A DNA stretch of 64,000 nucleotides from Myxococcales bacterium (GTDB taxonomy: Bacteria > Myxococcota_A > UBA9042 > JABWCM01 > BTVJ01). Below are positions 58,580 to 64,000 of this stretch, in pieces; within the stretch, counting starts at the first letter, position 1, and each line of letters begins with the position of its first letter. The notes under the pieces are model-generated. The model saw only the letters and a list, made by a program, of their open reading frames with translations, searched no databases and was not told where the DNA came from. Both the position numbers and the translations under genes were made by a program. The stretch lies in assembly GCA_045863395.1 (NCBI GenBank), contig BTVJ01000009.1, positions 102,155 through 166,154 on the forward strand, in the 5' to 3' direction.

Positions 58580-60961
58580 ATGAAGGGTCGAATCCTGTTG
58601 CTCTGTGCCATGCTCGCGCTCCCCCACGCCGCCCGTGCGTCCGGGCTCGTCGGTGACGGCGCCCTCGTCCCGCTCTCGTCGCTCGCCGTGGAGGCGTCGA
58701 TCACCGACGACGGCGCCTCCCTGGTCGAGCGCCGGGGGTTCTTCGCCATCGCTGGCGACGTGGTCCTCTACCGCTCCCTCAGCCCGGGCGAGACGGTGAC
58801 CGCCGTGCTCTCCGGCGGGGAGCCCATCCCCTTCGAGGTGCTCACCGGCAGCGAGGGCGACGCCGAGCGAGTCGCCCTCACCACCGCGCTGGGCGACCCG
58901 GCGCCGCTGCGGGAGCTGGGGGCCCCGCTGCTGGTCGCGCACACCGTCGCCGCCGGGTCGTTCTGGGCCCCCGCGCTGGTCCTGGAGGTCCACACGCAGC
59001 AGCCGCTCTCCGCGCGCGGGACGATGCGGGGCGTCTCCATCCCCGTGGGGTGGCACCCGCAGCCGGTCGACTCGGTGGAGATCCAGGCGTCGATTGCGAC
59101 CCAGGACCCCCTGCGCGCCGTCTACTCCCCCTACCACCCGCTCCAGCTCACGCGGACCGGAGCCACGTCCGCCACAGCGACCTACGGCGGCTGGGAGCGG
59201 TGCTCGTCCTTCGACGTGACCCTGCTCATCTCTACCGGGTCCGAGCCGCTGCGCCTCGACCTGCTCCCCCACCGCGAGGGCGACGAGCCCGGGTCCTTCC
59301 TGGCGCTGCTCACCCCCGACGCCGAGCCGGCGGACATCCAGCCGCGGAGCCTCGCCCTCGTGGTGGACCGCTCCGGGAGCATGGGAGACTGGAAGATGGC
59401 GCAGGCGCGGCAGGCCGTCTCCGCGGTGCTGGGAGGGCTGCGCCCCACAGACAGCTTCTCCGTCGTCGCCTTCGACGGCGCCATCGAGGTCTTCGCCCCC
59501 ACGGCGCTCCCCGCGACCCCCGAGAATGTGGCGGCCGCGCTGGGATTCGTCGAGGGCATCCAGTCCGGCGGCGCCACGAACCTGTACGACGCGATCCAGG
59601 CGGGGCTCCAGTCCTTGCCGGCCACGGGGACGCACCCCCGCTACCTGGTGGTGCTGACAGACGGCGTCCCCACCGCCGGTGAGACCGACATCGACGCCAT
59701 CCTCGGGATGGTCCGCGCCCAGAACGAGGTGGGCGCCCGCGTGTTCTCCTTCGGCATCGGCTACGACGTCAACACGGTCCTGCTCGACACGATGGCCCTG
59801 GAGTCCGGCGGCGACTCAATCTACGTGACTGGCTCTGTCGAAGCGGCAGTCGCCGAGTTCTTCGCGCAGATCGCAGACCCGGTCGTCGCCAACCCGAGCC
59901 TCGACGTGAGCGGCATCGGCGGCGAGCTGCTGGAGCCGGCGGTGCTGCCCGATCTCTTCGCGGGCCAGACCCTCGTGGTCGCGGGGCGGTATGTCAAGGC
60001 AGGAACCGGCACAATCATCGTCAACGGCAGCACGACCCACGCCTTCGCGGTGACTCTCCCCGAGCGCGCCGTCGCCGAGGGCTATGTGCCCCGCGTGTGG
60101 GCGACCCGCCGCGTGGGGACTCTCCTCGAGCAGGTGAAGCTCGGCGGCGGAGACTCCTACGCGCAGGCCGCACTCGAGCTGGCACGCCGCTATGGCGTGG
60201 TCACCGCGTTCACGTACTTCCTGGTCGACGAGGGCGGAGACACGGTCATGACCTACTCTCCCGTCCCGGTGGCGGCGGTGGGTGAGTCCGCGGTGTCGAC
60301 GTCCAGCTCTCTCGACAGCTATCAGAAGGGGGGCTCGGCGGAGGCCATCGACAGCTTCGTCCGCTACCACCGGGACCGGACGTTCCCGACTCTCGGGGGC
60401 TCCTACACCGACACGTCGCTGGGCGCAGACGAGGCGTGGGTGGACGTCCGCTTCGGGAGCCCCCTCTACTGGAGTCTCGTGGAGCAGGAGAAGGGGCTGG
60501 GAATCGGCGGCTTCCTCGCCATCGGCGCCAACGTCCGCTTCGAGCTGCTCGGCCGCGCCTTCCGGGTGCGCGTCGACGGGACGGAGTCAGCGGAGATTCC
60601 GGACCCGGCAGCGCACGCGCCGGAGGGCGAGGCGACGGTGGCGTGCCTCGACGGGGAGCGCGTGGGGAGCGGCGTCACCTACGGGGAGGGTCCCACCGGG
60701 GTCGGCTACGGTGGTGGCTCGTCGCTGGGCGGAGCGGCCGGTGGCGAGCCCGCGGGGGCCCCGGTGGGCGAGGACGGGGTGGCGCCCTCCACCGAAGCGC
60801 CGACGGCCGGCCACCCCCTCGCGCACCCGGGCGGCACGGGTGGGGTCGCCCTGAGCGCCGCGACGGACTCCGGCTGCGCGGCGGCCCCGGTCACGGCGGC
60901 TCTGCCGCAGCTCCTGCTCCTGGCGCTGGGCGTGCTGACGCTGCGGGTGCGACGCAGGTGA
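58580..60961 (+). CDS. Secreted VIT-like/vWA protein with MYXO-CTERM-like sorting tail
   Basis: Signal peptide; MIDAS motifs DRSGSM, GGATN, LTDG; C-terminus SGCAAAP..LLLLALGVLTLRVRRR. Confidence 0.85.
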   Translation: MKGRILLLCAMLALPHAARASGLVGDGALVPLSSLAVEASITDDGASLVERRGFFAIAGDVVLYRSLSPGETVTAVLSGGEPIPFEVLTGSEGDAERVALTTALGDPAPLRELGAPLLVAHTVAAGSFWAPALVLEVHTQQPLSARGTMRGVSIPVGWHPQPVDSVEIQASIATQDPLRAVYSPYHPLQLTRTGATSATATYGGWERCSSFDVTLLISTGSEPLRLDLLPHREGDEPGSFLALLTPDAEPADIQPRSLALVVDRSGSMGDWKMAQARQAVSAVLGGLRPTDSFSVVAFDGAIEVFAPTALPATPENVAAALGFVEGIQSGGATNLYDAIQAGLQSLPATGTHPRYLVVLTDGVPTAGETDIDAILGMVRAQNEVGARVFSFGIGYDVNTVLLDTMALESGGDSIYVTGSVEAAVAEFFAQIADPVVANPSLDVSGIGGELLEPAVLPDLFAGQTLVVAGRYVKAGTGTIIVNGSTTHAFAVTLPERAVAEGYVPRVWATRRVGTLLEQVKLGGGDSYAQAALELARRYGVVTAFTYFLVDEGGDTVMTYSPVPVAAVGESAVSTSSSLDSYQKGGSAEAIDSFVRYHRDRTFPTLGGSYTDTSLGADEAWVDVRFGSPLYWSLVEQEKGLGIGGFLAIGANVRFELLGRAFRVRVDGTESAEIPDPAAHAPEGEATVACLDGERVGSGVTYGEGPTGVGYGGGSSLGGAAGGEPAGAPVGEDGVAPSTEAPTAGHPLAHPGGTGGVALSAATDSGCAAAPVTAALPQLLLLALGVLTLRVRRR

Positions 60962-60986
60962 AGCGGCGCCCCGGCCTGCGGTGCGA

Positions 60987-61396
60987 TCACGGCTCGACCA
61001 GGGTCACCCCGCAGCGCCGGGCCGCCTCGACCAGCCGCTGGTCGAGCGTAGCCAGCGGAAGGCCCTCGCGCATGGCCAGGTCGAGGTACGAGGCGTCGTA
61101 GACAGACAGGCCGTGCTGGCGTGCCAGGGCCAGAACCTCGGTCGTAATCCGGGGAGCGTGGTCCGCGACGACCTCGATGGGCAGGCAGAGGACATGGTCC
61201 CGGATGCGGGTCACCTCGGCCTCGCTCAACCGACCGCGCCGCTCCCCCACGAGCAGCGCGTTGGCGAACTCCAGGGGCCACACCGAAGGAACCAACGCCC
61301 GCGTGCTCGCAAGGCTTCCACACACCGCGTCGGCCTGGTCGGACTGCTCGTCGAGGGCCCACGCGACGAGCACCGAGCTGTCGAGCACGAACCGCA

Positions 61397-61397
<1 letters not shown>
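60987..61397 (-). CDS. vapC: VapC (PIN domain) toxin
   Basis: FVLDSS, LEFANAL, LSVYDASYL, LATLD.RL motifs. Confidence 0.9.
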
Positions 61398-61636
<239 letters not shown>

Positions 61637-61646
61637 TCAGACCTCC

Positions 61647-61665
61647 GACCAGTCGTTGACCAGTC
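61647..61665. promoter_or_regulatory. Putative antitoxin operator
   Basis: GACCAGTC repeated at 61647 and 61658 (11-bp period), next to the RBS. Confidence 0.55.
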
Positions 61666-61841
61666 TAGGTGCGCCTGCGTGGGGTGGCAAGGCCGGCGGA
61701 TCGTCGCCACAGCGACGACCTGGCGCTGTGCCGCGCTGCTCGCGCTCCCCGAGGCCGGGCGCGCCGAGGCTCGCCGGTGACTCGACGTGACCCTCGGCGC
61801 TGGCTACGCTGTGCCCACACCCGGGGGCCGCGGATGGGACC

Positions 61842-62678
61842 ATGAGCGATCATCGAGGCCGGGGGCTGTCCCGGGCAGCACGCTGTGCCATCCTGCTGCT
61901 CCTGGTCCTGCCGGGGTGCACCCTGTCCTGGCTCTACGAGCACGCGGACTGGCTGGTCACGCGCCAGATCGACGGCTGGGTGGACCTGACGGCGACGCAG
62001 CGCGAGTGGCTCCACGGGTCCTTCGGGCGGCACTGGCGCTGGCATCGGGAGCAGGCGCTCCCGCAGTGGGCGGGGGCGCTCCAGGGGGCACGAGACCGCT
62101 TGGCGGACGGCCTCGACGCGGCCGACCTGCGCTGGATCGAGGCGGCGGTCGTCAAGCACAGCAGGGCGCTGGCGCGGCGCGTCCTGCCGGACGTGGCCAG
62201 GCTGCTCGCCGATCTGGGCCCCGATCAGGTCGACCGGGTGGCGGCGAAGCTGGACGAGGGCGCGACGAAGGCCCGCGAAGAGCTGGCCAAGCCCGACGCG
62301 GAGCGCGTCCAGAGGCGGGCAGACGCCATGGTGGAGCTGCTGGAGGACCTGGTCGGCGACCTCGACGACGCCCAGGAGGCCCTGGCGCGGCGCCTGAGCA
62401 GCGCCCTGCCCCTGGAGGACCGGGACCGGGAGACCCGCATCGCCGAGCGCCGGGCCGCCCTCGTCGCGCTCCTGCGAGGCGACCGCGCGAAGCTCGCTGC
62501 GCGCCTGCGGACGTGGTTCATCGAGGACCCCGTCGGCCCCTCCGATGCGTGGCAGGAGGGCGCGCGCCGCATGGCCCTGGAGCTGGACGCGGCGCTGACT
62601 CCGAGGCAGCGCCTCACGGCCCTCGGCCGCCTCGACCGCCTGATCACCGACCTCAAGCAGCTCGCGGCCAGGCGCTGA
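61842..62678 (+). CDS. Helical lipoprotein (DUF6279-like)
   Basis: Lipobox LPGC; LYEHADWL..WVDLT..Q..WHR..LP and LTPRQR patterns. Confidence 0.7.
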   Translation: MSDHRGRGLSRAARCAILLLLVLPGCTLSWLYEHADWLVTRQIDGWVDLTATQREWLHGSFGRHWRWHREQALPQWAGALQGARDRLADGLDAADLRWIEAAVVKHSRALARRVLPDVARLLADLGPDQVDRVAAKLDEGATKAREELAKPDAERVQRRADAMVELLEDLVGDLDDAQEALARRLSSALPLEDRDRETRIAERRAALVALLRGDRAKLAARLRTWFIEDPVGPSDAWQEGARRMALELDAALTPRQRLTALGRLDRLITDLKQLAARR

Positions 62679-62870
62679 GACCCGCCCGATCGGCTAGCGC
62701 TCGTCCTCGGGCCGATGCGCGCCGGCCTGCGGCGCTGTCGCGTGCGCGTCCCGGTGCACCGTCGCGACGAACAGGCAGCCGTCCCGGTCATCGGTGAGGT
62801 CGATGCGAGGCCAGGCCTCCAGCGCGCGCTGCACTCCGGAGCCCAGCCCGCGGTGTGGCAGCCGGCGGGT

Positions 62871-63411
62871 CGCGGGCGGGGTTCGCTGCGGCCTCCCACG
62901 GCCCTCTCGGCCTGACGGAGTGAGATCTCGCCGGGGAGGAGCTTCGAGAGGGAGGGGCTACGCAGGCCCCCGTGTGCAGCGCGGTACGCGTCCGGGTCGT
63001 CGAGGCCCACCAGGCTGCCCGTCCTCCTCCCGCGCGTCGGTCTGCCTCGGCCCGCCCGCCGCGGTTCGACCCAGCCGGGCCACCCGGGCCCAGCCACGCT
63101 GACCCGGGCGAGGGCTCCACGCGCCACGGACCCCGAGGGGTTGGAGCCTTTCACCTGCCCGCCGCACATCTTCGAGCACCGCCCCCCTCCACCTGTCGGG
63201 CACTTCGGGTGTCTGTGCCTGGGGTGGAGGGGTGAGCACTCCCCACGTCCGGTCGGCAGCGAGGCAGTCGACGACCCGATCATGCGTCTCATCGAGGATC
63301 AGGTCATTTACTTGCTCTTGACACTGCAACCACCCCTGTGGCTCCATCGACGGGCCACACATGGTCTGGCCAACGGGGCGCGGGCGGAGTTCGCTGCGGC
63401 CTCCCACGGCC
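62871..63411. repeat. 33-bp direct repeat pair (62871..62903 and 63379..63411)
   Basis: CGCGGGCGG(G/A)GTTCGCTGCGGCCTCCCACGGCC, one mismatch. Confidence 0.85.
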
Positions 63412-63434
63412 GCGCACATCCCCAGGAGGGGCCC

Positions 63435-63857
63435 ATGCCCGAGATCAAGCAGGGAACCGTCACGATCATCATTCCCGATGCGCTCGCGTTGCCGCCCGAG
63501 GCCGGGACGCTGAGCGTGAAGGAGGTCCGCTCCATCGCCAAGACCCGGCGCGGCGTCGGAGCCGCGTGTGAGGCCACGGCCGACGCGCTGTCGAAGCTCG
63601 ATGGCCGGTTCGCCCCGCCCGCCGGCGTGACCGCCGACTCGCTCCGCGCGGCGGGCGCGCGCGCCGAGGGCATCGATCAGGTGATCTCCGACCTCGAGGT
63701 GCTGCTTCAGACCCTCAAGCAGGCGAACCTGCTGTTCGACGCCGACGCGGCCTCGCAGCTCCGCCGGGTCAACGACCAGGTGAGCGCGCAGGGGAAGCAC
63801 GACGCGGGGCTCGAGACGGCCTTCGCGGGCCTGCGAACCTGGATCGGGTACAAGTAG
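63435..63857 (+). CDS. Small helical hypothetical protein
   Basis: AGGAGG RBS, start MPEIKQG, GC3-rich codon pattern. Confidence 0.65.
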   Translation: MPEIKQGTVTIIIPDALALPPEAGTLSVKEVRSIAKTRRGVGAACEATADALSKLDGRFAPPAGVTADSLRAAGARAEGIDQVISDLEVLLQTLKQANLLFDADAASQLRRVNDQVSAQGKHDAGLETAFAGLRTWIGYK

Positions 63858-63890
63858 GGCTCCTCGCCAGCCTTCGGTGCGGGTCGCGCG

Positions 63891-64000
63891 AGCCCTTCGA
63901 GGTGGTCGGGCGATGCCTCCGCTGTGGTCTCGCAATGCCTCCGCGGTGGTCTCGCAGTGGCTCCGCGGTCTTCGGACGATGCCTCCGCGGTGGTCTCGCA
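63891..64000. repeat. 22-bp tandem repeat running off the window edge
   Basis: ATGCCTCCGCGGTGGTCTCGCA at 63935 and 63979, one mismatch at 63913, degenerate copies at 63891 and 63957. Confidence 0.85.

Noticed and set aside
63891..64000. CRISPR array
   Set aside because: The units are contiguous 22-mers without unique spacers, and there are no cas genes in the window.

Overview
A very GC-rich bacterial window, most likely Myxococcota or a related deltaproteobacterium (inferred from many Cys-rich lipoproteins, a MYXO-CTERM-like tail and an HNH-RuvA-C remnant). Core functions include hom, gltBD with an upstream Lrp regulator, tRNA-Pro(UGG), two acyl-CoA dehydrogenases and xth. Accessory content includes: (i) a cluster at about 45.9-53.4 kb with three radical SAM genes (four CxxxCxxC motifs, one gene a tandem fusion), a methyltransferase with two apparent PqqD/RRE-like N-terminal domains and a FemAB/GNAT-like protein, with no visible precursor peptide and with a perfect AT-rich 72-bp palindrome inside it; (ii) a putative surface-glycan operon (response regulator, TPR/beta-barrel, HEAT, processive GT2, two unknowns); (iii) a thioester alpha-2-macroglobulin divergent from a vWA surface protein across a triple operator-like motif; (iv) a Cys-repeat lipoprotein ending in a somatomedin-B-like domain; (v) a Phd-VapC toxin-antitoxin pair; and (vi) short direct and tandem repeats at the right edge. 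All calls come from reading motifs by eye; no database searches were run. Several start codons were moved from the ORF track using RBS and signal-peptide evidence.
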